NCBI GenBank assembly: GCA_012295275.1
Contig: CM022667.1
Coordinates: forward strand, 13,144,001 to 13,208,000
Length of the DNA stretch: 64,000 nucleotides
Reading direction: 5' to 3'
Source: Chrysomallon squamiferum
Lineage: Eukaryota > Animalia > Mollusca
Within the stretch, counting starts at the first letter, position 1. Each line of letters begins with the position of its first letter. The notes under the pieces are model-generated. The model was not told the origin of the DNA and ran no database searches. It was given only the letters and a program-made list of their open reading frames with translations. Both the position numbers and the translations under genes were made by a program. Below are positions 22,101 through 36,707 of this stretch, piece by piece.

Positions 22101-22330
22101 GGGCTGTGGGTCTGCTCCCCTAGTGCTCTGTAACAGAGGTCAACACACATCTCTGTGCACAGACGGAAGAATCGAGTAATGAGGTCATCAGTCTTCAGTA
22201 TTCCCTGTGAATGCATCTGTAGGAGAAAGACATACAAATATTTGTTTAAATGTCATGAACAGTTTGATTGCTTTTTGTAATAATTATATTAAAAAAAAAA
22301 CAGATAAAAAAAACAATAGAAATAATAAAA

Positions 22331-22364
<34 letters not shown>

Positions 22365-24232
22365 TTGCTGTTTATCAGCATCATTTTATAGCAGAGTATA
22401 AAATAATTTTAGACTGCAACTATATTAAATAGTCTACTACTTTTCAAATACTTCTTACAACCAAAATTATCTTATTATAAATCCATGACAGTTAAAAAAC
22501 TTTATACCATAACTGAAATTACTCTTTACTAAATAAATGAAACAAATATATATTTTAAATTTTTTTTTTTTGAATTCTAGGATCTAAATACTGTCAAAAT
22601 CCAACAAAAACTAATGTAAGAAAAAAAAAAAAAAAAACCCACCCTGATCTGGTGATGGACTTATATATGGTAACATTCTGGTTCTTCACAGATTTTAAGA
22701 CAATATGACCAAGAATAACCATGAAAACATTACTTTTTATTCTCCAAGTCAATTAAAGATGACAGAATATAAAAGACTTTACCTGCTGTACGAATGCTGA
22801 GAAAGCTTTGGTGCTGTCGCGACCTGCTGCAGGTGAGTGATACATGTTGACCCACTCCCTCAGCAAATATTCAGTCTTCTCGTTCAGCCCTGGAGGGTCG
22901 TCAAACTCCCTAGCCTGGGAAATGCCCGACTGCATCATCGAGGTGGGTCCTCCTGGGGTTCGATCCAACAGACCTCCGTCACTATTCTGACGAATCATTT
23001 CCAGCAGTGTGGAAAGACTGAAAGTCAATCTGACATTAAATAAAACTGAAAATTTATTTCAACATAGTGGGCCACTGATTTTTTTTTCATTTATGGGGGA
23101 AACTGTAATTCTATTAATTATTGTTTCCAGAGTTTTTGTTTTTGTTTTATTTTTCATCTTTTCTTGTTTGATTTGATTCTTTTGGGTTGTTTTTTTAAAA
23201 ATAAAAATAAAGATTTATTTCAAAATAGCAGGCCAGAGATTTTTTATTTATGGGCAAAGTGTAATTTTATTTATTATTTTTTTCTATATTTTTTTGTTTG
23301 TTTATTGTTCCCATTTAGATAAAAGAATGAGAAAAATAAAAGAGATAAGTGGTAATATAAAAGTCACAACATAAACTAATGATGTATTTTTGTAAATGTT
23401 CCAACATCAAGAACAACTAACCCCTCTGGATGTGGCCTGGATCTTGAAGCTACATTACTGAGTGCTTCTATAGTGTTTGACAAATCAGTCTGAAAAAAAA
23501 TAAAATAACAATAAATAAATAAATAAACAATAATAAAAATTAATAAAATAAAATAAAATAAATATTAATAAAAAAATTTTTTTAAAAGATAATAATTGGT
23601 AAGTTCTATATTTTTATTAATTTTTGTAGATTAAGAATAATTTAACCACTCCATTGTCAAAATAATTATGCTACTGAAAAGGAATTTCCATCTAATGTAG
23701 TAAACTGATTATTAGCAAATACTGATACAGAAATGAATCATGCAGTTAACTGTAGAATACATTTAGTAACCAGATTAACTACAATATTTGTTTTTAATGA
23801 AGTAGTCATGTTTTAGACATTCTTGTTGTTATTGTTGTACTTACCAGTGGTTTAACAATCAATTACATACAAACAAGTAATTTGAACTTTTGTTATATTG
23901 TAACACACGTGTTCTTGTGCCAGTACTTTACAGAGTAAATTAAAATTCAACACCCACCTCTGTGAGAATGCCACTGTGCTTGTTGTCAATGCAGAATCTC
24001 TGAATGAGCTGGATGCAGAATGACACGCCGATGTGGTTGAGGCCATTCTCCATCACCTGCGCCAGGTACACGTCGTACTGCTGCATGTTGACGAGCTGGT
24101 TGCAAATAAGACACTCGATAGCATCAATGTTGTACTTGTAGTCATCTCGTCTTTGAATCAGACATCTAATGAAGAAATTAATGAAAACAAAATGAAATAA
24201 AAATATCTAATTGTGTGTGCTAGAGTTTTCCC

Positions 24233-24306
<74 letters not shown>

Positions 24307-27300
24307 GTTGTTAATAAATGATGGAGTAAACTCAGTGCATGAAACTAACAAAGTGATCATTTATTTGCACCTTCTCATGGGCAGAAATATCCTGCATCAT
24401 CTAATGTTTTATAATTACATAGCAATTTATTCCATTCTGAAGAAACAACTTAAATAATCTTCTGACAACCCCCCCCAAAAAAACCCCATTTTTTATGCTT
24501 GGAAGACTTACTTAGTAACTTCTTTACTGGTCCACTGTGGTCCATAAGCTCTCGGATCGTGTAAGCCTTTGAGAACAACGAGATGACACTCCCGGAAACG
24601 CAGCAGCATTTCCTGGTCAGTGGTGGTCAGAGTGGACATTGAATACTGGTCAAGCAGACCTTCAACAGCCTGAAGTAGAAGCAGAAATTAATGTTTAAAC
24701 ATCAACAATTTATACATTATTACATTTCCTTGAAAGCAATCGGTAATCAGCAATCATCCGTTGTGATAAAGTGACAAGCATTTCCCAGTTTGTTCGTTTT
24801 AATAAAATGTTTTAGAAGTAACTATCTGCTCAACTCACCTTCTGTAAGAGAGAAATGGCAGTCACAATCTCTCTCGAGTTTCTAGCCAAGAGGACGGCTT
24901 CGAGCAGACTGTGTACCTGACCACCCATTGGACTGCTGCTTGGTATGCCCATCATCTGCTGTAAGTGTTGCTCAATATCTCTCGCTATCTTGTCATATAT
25001 CAGTGTAATTTCATCTGGCGGGTATGACTGTAAACAAAAATTAGAAATTAAAAATTAAAAATAAGCCACACTATCATTTACATTAATAATAAAAATAATA
25101 ATAATAATAAAAGAAATAAACAAAATTAAAATACAAACAAATAATGGCACTACCATTTACATTAACAACAACAACAACAACAATTTGCAACGAACCTTAA
25201 AACTTAAATCTAGATAAAGTACATTATATTTTATTGCTTTTGTTATTAATTTCAACCGAATATGAATGATTTTTCATTGTTTAATGTCTAAATAAAATAA
25301 TACAGTTTACCAACATTGTCTAAACAATACACAAATAGCAAACAAACTTCTTAAATCAAATATTTTGTTCAATGCTATTGTGATTTTAAATATTTCAATA
25401 CAATCTGTGAATAATATGACCTGCAGAAAAGAAGGGTTGTTTTCATTCTTTCTGCTTTATCAAATGATACAAACATGTTTGAACTTACTGGTGTAGGTTT
25501 TGTGATGCCAGGGGGTAGAGTACTGTCTGCTAGAGGCAGAAACCCTGGAATGTTCCTGGCATATTCATCATACACTGCAATCTGTTGTGGGGTCACTCCA
25601 CCAACCTGAAATTATCATTTCAAAATTCATTGTAATCATTTTTCAGCATTATTACCACAACTGAAGTAAATTTCTGTACCTGTGAAACAGCTGACTTTAT
25701 GCACTAATACTGAGCTTAGAATTAGGCCAAAGAAGTTCATTTTTTTTGGTTAAATAATTAATAATTAGTTTTCCTGTATTATATGTTAATGGTGCTGTTA
25801 TTAGTTTATTTTTGTAATCACCTGACTTTTTTTCCTGAATTATAAGCAACCATATAGTGTCCCATCAACTTTTTTGTTTTAAATTAATAATTCACTTGCG
25901 TGACTTACTACTGCTGCTAGCAAATTAAGACATTGAACTCACTTTGAGTCTGATCTGTTCAGGCATTCTCTCTGCCTGGTATGTGAGAACTATGGGATCA
26001 CAGTATCGTCGCCCCTCAGTACGGGCGTGTTTCCTCAGGTCAAACTCCTACAAATAACAGAAACAGCAAAAGTTTAGTTTTGACAAATTTAGTCGTACAT
26101 TCTTCTCTGATATTAAAAAAAAATCCATTAAAACTCTATTTGTACATATGTAGATGTGTACACTATACTGCTTCTTGTTTTGTAAGTTAACTACGGAAAG
26201 GAACTTTACTTTTCAATAATGGTAACCACAACCGAGTTAAACAAAAAATTAATAACATTTTTATAGTATTTTCATTATAGAGTTATGTATTTCACACCAC
26301 CCAAATATATTGTAGTAAGCTGATTTTTGCTGGTATTATTATCACTATTATTATTATTATTATAACTATGATTGTTTCAACTTACTGTAGCAAGACGCTT
26401 GTCCATTTCTGGTATTGCTCTCTCTACTGCAGTTTTCTGGATGAAGGCACAAGCTAGCTCAGAATTATCCTGGGCCACAAGTTGAGCAGTTTCTTCCACT
26501 ATTGCTTTCTGTGCATTGGTCGCACCCTTTAGTAAACATACATAATAATTAATAATAACATGCATCTGTTATTCAAATACATATAAAAAATGTAAAATAA
26601 ATTCCTTAAAATAAACAGGAAAAAAAAAAAAAAAAAATAATAATAATAATAATAATAAAAATAAAGAAAATAAATAGATAAATGTATTAATAAATTTAAA
26701 TCACAAGTAAAAAACATAAAATTTAAAAATAAAAAAAATTAAAATTAAAATTGCTAACCCTATTATTATTGTTGTTTTTAATTTGTAAAATAATAAACAA
26801 ATACGTATATAAATAATGTTACCCTGAGAACTGAGAGGAAAGCCATTTTCAGGTTGTTGGTGATGCTGATGAAGAGTGGCTCTCTGCAGGTGATGAGAGC
26901 AAGGCCAGCAGTGATGTTTCTCACCATGAAGTGTGCGGCTGATCTCATTCGCATCTCATCAGGATCAAGTGCAAAGTCCTGTAAATGTACATTTTTATTA
27001 TAACTTCTCAAATATCATCTTTTCTCACAAACAGTTAAGAAAGCAAAAATCACAGATTTTATATATATATATATATATATACATATACACACATACATGT
27101 TTAATACTTGTTTCACAATGAAATAAAAATCATATTTACTGTCTAAAATTTCTGCATTAAAATTAACCATTTTTGTCCATTTGCAATTGATTGTCACAAT
27201 CAATCTTTGTTAAAAATAAAGTAGAACAGGAAGAGAAATAACAAATCAGTGAACATTTATAACACTTCTGTTTTTAAACAGAAGAGACAATTTATTCCTT

Positions 27301-28676
27301 TTTATCTAAGCAAGAAAACGACTTGGCAAAATCATTAATTTTGTTTTATTTATGTATCTTAAATCATAACATTAGGAATGCATAAAAATGAATTTAGAAA
27401 ATAAATCTATTATTAGCAAAGATATTTCTTCTTTATCTTTACATGTCCATTTATTTTATCATAATAAGAACAGTAATAATAACAGTGTGTGTGTGTGTGT
27501 GCTTCACAACTGTTACCTTTCTGACAATTTGCTCGCAGGTGGTGAGAGCAATTTTGATTGATCTTTCAACAACAGGGGGAAGTAACTCCTGTACTGATCT
27601 GTCAATGGCTGGTCTCACACACTGCTTCAACTGGGGATTCTGGTGCAGCAAGGTAATCTGAAAGAAACAAGCCAACATTTTTTTATTCAACTACGAAAAT
27701 ATTTCAAAATAAATAAATAAATAAATAAATAATAACAGTAACAATGACAATACCAATAATAAAAGTAGTAGTAGTAGTAGTGGTAGTGGTAGTAGTAGTA
27801 CTACTACTACTACTTATAATAATAACAATAAAAACACAACAGTAATATTAATAATGACAGCAAGGAGTATCAAATACATGATTTGTGTAATAATAACTTA
27901 TGTTAAGAAAAGAAGAGTGTTCTTACACTTTAAAAAAACAGTTAATATTACTGTTACAGAATACAAATCAAGTTTCTCTGCACTAACAGCTGGGCTAGTA
28001 AAGTTGCTACATGATTGAAATCAAGATTAATGCTGTTCAAATAAAAAAAATAAAGAAGAACTTTGTAGGATATCTACAAACCTGATCATTAATAATGATG
28101 TGCTGTGCCAAGCCTGTGAATGATGAAGCGTTGATATCATGGAAATTGTACTGGGGCTGTGGTGGTAGACTTGGCGTTGTTGAGCTAGCTGCCGATGTTG
28201 GTGTTGTCAATGTGGTTGCTGATGAGACAACAGCTGGAGGGACAGTCATTGACAGGATTGGTACTACAGACTCTTCAGGCTGCGGAGTGTTGCCAGTCTT
28301 TGGAGGAGCATGAGGAGATAACTGACATTCTATTGTGTGCAGCCGCATTGGATCCTTCAAGTAGTTAGTAGGCTTCAGATCCTGAATAAACAAACAAACA
28401 ATGTTAATTATATCCACATGAACTCATGCCTTCTACAAAACAAACAAATAATTGAGAAAAAAAATAATTATAAAACAATAAAATTAAAAATAAGGGAAAT
28501 AAAATTAATACCATCCCTACACAATGACCAATATTACTTATTTTCCAAGAATTAAAGTAACAAAATTTAGAAGTAATTCTCTAAGTGAAAAAAAAAAAAA
28601 AAAAAAAGAAAAAAGAAAAAGAAAAGAAATTGTTAATGAAGAATGAATAATAATAGTTATAATAAATCAGTTTAAT

Positions 28677-28727
<51 letters not shown>

Positions 28728-31055
28728 TTAATAATGATGATGATGATGATGATAATGACAATAAAATTAATTGATAAATCAGAAAAGTAAATTAGAACTG
28801 AATTAGAAAAACATTTGAAGTGTATATAAAACTTGTAGACAAACTCACATTAATATCAAGGCCCAGTGTTTTACACAGAACTTCAATTTCAAATTTGAGA
28901 TTCAGCTTCAAGTCAGGCTCCATATGAAGCTCAGCTAGAACATTCATTATAGCCATAGTCCAAGGATTGGGAGGCCTGAAAACCTAGAGTAACCAGAACA
29001 AAAACACTGACATAAACCCACACACAAAAAAAATATAAATTATAATTATGAATTTTTAAACTATTATAACTGTTCTGTACAACATAATATTATTAAGGTA
29101 TAAATACAGAAACAATACACTTTACTAATAGCCAGATGTTGTTTTTCTCTCTTATCATTAACTATTCTCTTATCACTGCATAATTAAATTTCTGGCAAAA
29201 TCAACAAGACTAGTAATTGCATTTCCATACCACATATGGCAGCTCACACAGGGTTGATATGACATTCAGGGTATCCACTTCTTGCAACATAATGAGAATT
29301 TTATTTTTTCATGGAGTATATCCACTTTCCAGAATTAACAAGTGATAAAATGTAAAATGACAGGAAACAAAGCTATAAAATTCAAACCAACCTTGCTTTT
29401 GGCACATGATTCTAAGACTTTTGCTGTGAATGGAACAACATAGAGCAGTTCTTGTGCTCCTTTTTGATATGCTTCATACAACAATGCTTTCAAGTCAATA
29501 TCCTGAATAAAAAAAAAAAAAATTAAATTAAAAAATTTAAATTTAAGATTCCATCTGCTTAAATAAGGATTACATTACTTTTATTTAAAAAATGAATAAA
29601 TAAATTAATTAATTAAAAAAATACAAACTAAGTAACCATACTTCAACTGTATTGTTATACAAGAAAAGAAACCCCAGAGAAACAGATTTATACAGATTCA
29701 CTGTCTCAATGTTTATGGTTTTTGTTTTCAATTTATTTTCTGAATTAAGTGACAACAGTTATTAGCTGTTAAAAACTGAATATTAATCTGATGTTGTACA
29801 TATATCAGTAAAATAAATATCAAATATTTAATGTTTAAAAACCAAAACAATCTGACAGATTATTAAATGCTTTACACAGAGATTCAATATAAAACTCTGC
29901 AAAAATTATTTTAACACAAATAACTCACTATTTGAAGAATTGGTTTGTTCTTGCCCAGGGTCAGCATGCCTAGCCAGTGACCCAGATTTTTCAACAATGT
30001 TCTGTCAGAGAAATTGGCCACACCTTTGTCACTTCTGAGCAAAACCTATAATATAAATTTTATGAATAAATACCACATTGTTAAAATCTGTATCATCAGT
30101 TTAATTTGACAGTCTAATAATCTGCCAGTCAAATACATGTGGCATTATTTCTTGTAATTTGTTATTTTGGTGTATTGTCTTTATCTCATTCACTCATTTT
30201 CCTAAGAGATTCATATCTCAATACTTTGTACATATATATGTACATATATGTATGGGAGTTTTTTTTAATTTCATTTTCATTCTCTTTTGTGGGGGGTTAA
30301 TGATACACATTGTATCAAGCTGTTATGAACATAAACAGCAAATTCCAATCAAAGATACTGATATTTCTCTAACATGTCTTAAAACAAAAGAGTTTCATGG
30401 AAAAAAAAAAAAAAAAAAAAAAGATACATGCTTATGGTATTATTTGATGACAACTTTTAATCCAAGTTCTTTAACTACTGCATTTTATATTAAAAAATAA
30501 TAAAATAATATAATAATACCAGTAACAATAGGAAATAATAAGAAAATTCCAAGACTTACTTTGATGTTTCTAAATGTCTCTTTGATGACTGTGTTGGTGA
30601 TTTCTTGCATGCCAAGAACATCGAGGAAGTTGGAATAGAGTGTGTGAAAGTTTGGCTCAATGCTAGCTCTCTTCATCACCAAGTACTGTGCACACCAAGT
30701 CATGTACTTGCTCACCTGTTCCTTCAATTCCTCACCCTGAATACAACAAAAACATTCATGATGTTCAGATTCTAGTATTCAAAATAAACAACAAAGTACA
30801 GCAAAATACACATATTTAGTAAAAACATCATCATACTTTGGTTACATTATTAATAAACACAATTCTGTTGATACTTGCACACACACACACACACACACAC
30901 ACACTTATTAATAGAAACTTAAATAATAAAACTGGTAAACCAGATAAAAGATTTTAATACAGGATAATATGAAATTACTTTCTTTTAATTTGTTTAACAT
31001 TTTATTAAAAATATAGCTAACTGTACAAAGAAGAGAAATAATTTACCTACAACAC

Positions 31056-31088
<33 letters not shown>

Positions 31089-32601
31089 TATTACTGATAA
31101 TGAACACAGGCATCATTATGACTGATACGAAAAGAAAAACAATGAAACAAAATGAAACAATTAAGTGTGAAAAACACCAACAAAAAAGGCAACAAAATAA
31201 CAACAGTAAATTATGATGAAGAATTTGAAACACATACCTTAGCAGACATGTTGGCTAGTGAGAGATTGTTGAAGATAAAGAAAACTTTGTCTTGCAGAGC
31301 TTCAGGGGGAACTGCTATTTCTTCCTTCCCTTGGCCTGCTAACAGGGTATCAATATTGGTTGCCGTTGCAATAGATGGCTTTTAAAAAAAAAAATTCAGT
31401 AAATTAATGAAATGAAAAATAATTTAAAAAGGTTCTGAAAGCAGTTAATAGTGTGAAGATTATCAAATTATCATCTTTAAAGTAAGAGAGGACAAAAAGA
31501 CAAAAACAAAAAAACTGAGATGGTATTTATTCTTTTGCTAATTGAAAATACACACATATATATGGGCAAGATCAGGCTAAATATAACATTTGCGGTAAAA
31601 TACTATTTTGTAATAGAGGATACTTAGTGCTTTTGTTTGAAAACTATTGTCAAGTTTCTAGAATTGTTTTACATTTTTAACATAAACCAAACCATGTATG
31701 CATGTATTACCTTGGGGAATGCTGGTCCAACAGAGGGCTTAGTTACATTTGTAGCAGCTGTAGTTCCAGGTGCTGGTGCCGAAGTAGATGCTGTTACACC
31801 TGAAGCTGCACTAGTTTCTGTACTTCTGGGAACTGTGGCCATGCTTGCTGCAGTACTAGCAGGCATTCCACTGCTCACTGGGATGCCTGGTCCTGCTAGT
31901 GGAGTTGTCGTCGATGACTGTGGCATGCTGGATGGTTCCTGGGATCTTGAACCAAAGTCCACATACTAAAAGATAATATTGTGATTTTACTGTCATTAAT
32001 AATTAGTTAACACTTTCTTCTTCCTTCTTTTTTTTAAACTCTCAGATTCATAAAATTATCAACCCTACTCAAAAACATAAATAATAAATGGTAAGACTGT
32101 TACTTTCATAAGATATTAACATCTATGCAAATAAAAAATTAACCATATAAACAAAAGACAGGATGGTCTTCATTTTAGAATAATTAGTTATTATTTTTTT
32201 TTTCTGAAAATTTGACAATTATATAAAATAATCAAAAATAAAAGACTAAAATAAATAAATGGTAAGATTATTTCTTTCATAAAATACTAAGATTCTGCAA
32301 ATAAAACATTAATCATAGGCACAACTCTAATGTAACTCTGTGCCTACCTCTATGAGCTGTGGTGGGAACTGTTGGAAATGTGAAATTGCAGCCAAATGTT
32401 GACAATATTGTGGATAATCCTTTAGTCTGAAATAAACATGGATGGAGTGTGTTCTCCTTAATATTTGTAATTAACCTTTTCAAAAATAATAATAAATAGA
32501 ACAATAATAATAAATAATCTTTTTCTGAAAAACTGGATTCATGTTCCAAACAAAAATATTATAATAGAGGTAAGCTGATTTATTTTCATTCTGTATGTTA
32601 A

Positions 32602-32656
<55 letters not shown>

Positions 32657-35600
32657 TATAAAAAAAAAAAAAAAAATGCAATGAAAAAAAAAAAAAATTA
32701 AATAAACACCCCAAAAAACAAACCAAAAATAAAACAAAAATAATTAACATAAATGTGAGAATGTTTTCTTTCATTCCAGGAAATAAAAACTCATACTTTT
32801 TTCTTATTATTTTAAAATTTTTAATTTTTGTTTTTAAGAAAAATATCAGTTTTATATTTTTACCTTGTTTTAAATCTGTCTAGAGCTGCAATACCAAAGT
32901 AGTACATTTTACTTCCATATGGTTTTCTGAGAGCTTCCAGGATATATCTTAGGGCAATACCAAGAGTCCAGTACCTGAAATGGTAATGTTTTGCATGTTT
33001 TATCTCAACAATAAACTATATCACAATGCACCACATTTTTAAGAATAAAGCAACACTACATTTTAAAACAAACAAACAAATAATAAATAAATAAATAAAT
33101 AAATAAATAAAAAAAAATAAATAAATAAATATTTTAAAAGCTATTTATGAAAATATGCAAATATGATAACAAAACAAGAACCAAAACAACAAATGTGTAA
33201 AAAAAATTGTGAGAAAGTTGTTGTGATTCAGTTAAACACAAACCATCAGAAAAGTTTATTTCTCCTTTTTGTGATACTTAGTGCATTAAAAGAGATATTA
33301 ACTGTAAAAAAAAACAGTTGATAGAATTAGTAAAATAAATTCCATGTACAAAGTTAAAATCATATACTTCACAAATACTGCGACCTAGCCATATCTGCCA
33401 CAATACATATTTAGCAGAAAAAAGATTTAAAATAAAATAAAAATAAATAAATAAATACATTATAGTTTATATGCCTTTTAAAATAAATAAAGATTAAAAA
33501 GTAAACTTACGTGACAATGCCTTGTTCAATGATGCCACCAAAAAGAACAGCAGTGGTGTGAAGTTCTCGCTCAGGATATTGTGGAAAGAAGCGATATTCT
33601 TCAAACAGATTTCTCAACATGCATGCAAACACATCCTGATAAACAACAAAAAAAAAAAAAGATAATAAAAAATTTCTGGCAGTGTTTAACAGTATTTAAG
33701 ATATATTAAACTGAACATATATTTACCAGAAACCCTGTTTAATTTAATTTTTATATGTGAACTCACTTTGGTATTTATGTTTTGAAAACAAACTACCTGT
33801 AACATTTAACTGCAATTCTGTTTTGTGCATTTATAGAAACTGATTAATATTTTGCATACACACCCACACAAGTCACACAGATATATAATTTAAACTGCAA
33901 AAGAAAAAAATCTACCTGTTCCATTTTGCTCTGAGAATCTTTGAATTTCTTAAGCATCTCCAGAACATCATCAATGGACATAGTGGGGTGTGGGGGCTGG
34001 TTGTATATCTGCTGGAAGTAACCATTTGCTTTGTCCTCCACCTCCTTGCTGAACTGCTGAGTCATCTCTGGGAATATGTTGGCCATGTCACCCTGAGCTG
34101 CACCAGTTGCTATAAATAAATTATATTTTTGGTCTTAATTAGCATTTCTCTTGGTTTTGTAATGCATATTTATGTCAAATCATTAAAATTCTACTGAAAC
34201 ATTTCTAACTTTATGGAAGACAATAAGTTTTAAGTCCAACTATGTTGATTTTAAAACAGACTCTCTCAGTGGGAAAGCTAATTTTTCTGATTTTATTTAT
34301 TTATTTATTTTTTTTTTCAGTCTTTGCTGCAAAATGGGTGCTTCATTAATACTGTTAATTTCTTAACAAACTGTCATATAGGTTTCAATAATTACGCCAC
34401 CTAAAACAACAGAACATAAAAAGATAAAAAATAAATAAATAAATAACAGTGACCAGATCCCTTTTATTATTATTTTTTTTTAAATATTCAAAACCAATAC
34501 TGTACATACATACACATCTGTTATTTCAACTTCCTTCCAGCAACAAATGACCAAACCACACTGGTGGGTTAAATACAGCAGAGAACAACACTTAATAAAG
34601 AATGTATTAAGAACAACCTTTGACTGACTCACTTGTTCTGCCAGAGTTTGGTCTCTCAGCAGGCAGTGGATCACTGGTCTGTTTAACTGCTACCTGGGCA
34701 CTCAGAGTTGCTAACGAGTTAACGGGATTACGAGGTGGTCCAACAGCTGTGGATATAGGTGTTTGTAAACCCAGATCTGAAATAAAAAAAAAAAATAAAA
34801 AAAATAAAATAAAATAAAAAAATAAAAAATTAAAAAAATAAGAACTACAATAAATTAAACTAAGGAAATTAAATTAAATAAAATAAAAAAAATTTTTTTT
34901 TAAATTAAAATAAATTGTGCCATTTTACCTTTATATTTCTGTTTATGCTACAGTGATATTAATAATTAATTAATAAAAATAGATCAAGAAAATTTAACTT
35001 GTTTACTTTGAAACTGTGAAGTCAGAGAATGTAGCTGGTTGAATGATGTATTGCTCTGTGACATTCCAGTAAATGATTTCGATGGTGAACCAGGTGTTCC
35101 CACTGTATGTGATGGCATGGATGGCAGTCCAGATGGAAATGCAGAAGAGTTCCCACTGGGAAATGCCGAGTTGCCAGTAGAAAACACAGAAGACGCTCCA
35201 GAAGAAAATGCGGAATTTCCACCTGTCGGGAAAGCAGATGATCCACCTGTTGGGAATGATGACCCACCGGTGGGAAATGTAGATGATCCACTAGTAATGA
35301 ATCCAGTAGATCCACCAGTGGGGAATACTGATGATCCACCCGCAGGAAAGGCAGAGGTGACACCTGTTGGAAAAGCCGAGGTGACGCCGGCTGGGAATGC
35401 CGACGTGACGCCGGCAGGGAATGCAGAATTAGCACCTGACTGAAATGCTGATGAGACACCTGTAGGAAAGGTGGATGTCACACCTGTAGGGAAGCCTGAG
35501 GTTACACCTGTTGTGAAGGCTGAAGTAATGCCCGTGGGAAAGGCAGACGTCACCCCTGAAGCAAATGCCGATGAGCCACCAGTTGGGAAAGCTGATGAAC

Positions 35601-36671
35601 CTCCTGTAGGGAATGCCGATGTGACACCAGATCCTGTAGCTGATTGTGCATGTCCTAACATGTTCAGTCCTGCAAGCTGATCCACCTGAAAAAAATTTAA
35701 AAAAATTTAAGAAAAACCAAATTTATAATGACTTTTCAATATTAAACATACATTTTAAAAACGTAAAGAATGATCATTTTAAATAACTGTTGCTGTTTTT
35801 AAACTTCCAAGCTGTTATGAAAATATACTGAGTCCAGTCAAATGAACCAAACAACTTCATTGTTTATTTTATTTTTATTTTTAGAAGTATATAAAAAAGG
35901 AAATGAATAAATATTTCTTTGTCATCGGATACACAGAATTAAAATATAGATATCTTTCTCTTTTTCATATTATTAATAAATAAAAAGGACATTCTTAACA
36001 ATATTGTGCAGCATTACTTTCTTCCCAACACAACAATTATATTAAAAAAAAAAAGGAAGTTAATACTAATTCAAAAGCTTAATATGAACAGAACAGAATG
36101 CAAAACCTTGAGGAAAACTATTAAACTAAACCTAATAATATTAGGGTTATTACTTTAAAACCTGAACTATTAATGATATTAAGATGTGAATTTCAAGAAT
36201 ACATTAGAAATTGTTATTAAAAATGAAAAAAAAAAAAAAAGTTCCATAAAGATAGCTTGCAGATGTATGTAGTTACCTGTCCACCCACACCTGCAGAAAA
36301 TGCAGGTGGTTTGTGTGTTCCGACAACTCCAGGTGGCTGCTGCCGTGGTTTGTTAAATATTACTGTGGCATTGCTGTACATTGTACTGATTGACTCTGAC
36401 AGCTCCTGGGAAACTTGACTGAAATGAAAAACAAAAAATTATAAAATAACAAAATGAAATGAAATGAAATAAAATAAAGTATAATAACTATTACAAATAA
36501 TACAAAAATAAAGTTAAAAAAAGAAAAGAAAAGAAAACTATATATATATACATAAATTTAAATAAAAGAAATAAAGGAAAAACTATAAAATAATATAAAA
36601 GTAAAGAAAATTAAGAAGAAGTTTATCAATCAAATAATCAGTCATTAAATAATTTACTGAACTAATTAATG

Positions 36672-36707
<36 letters not shown>

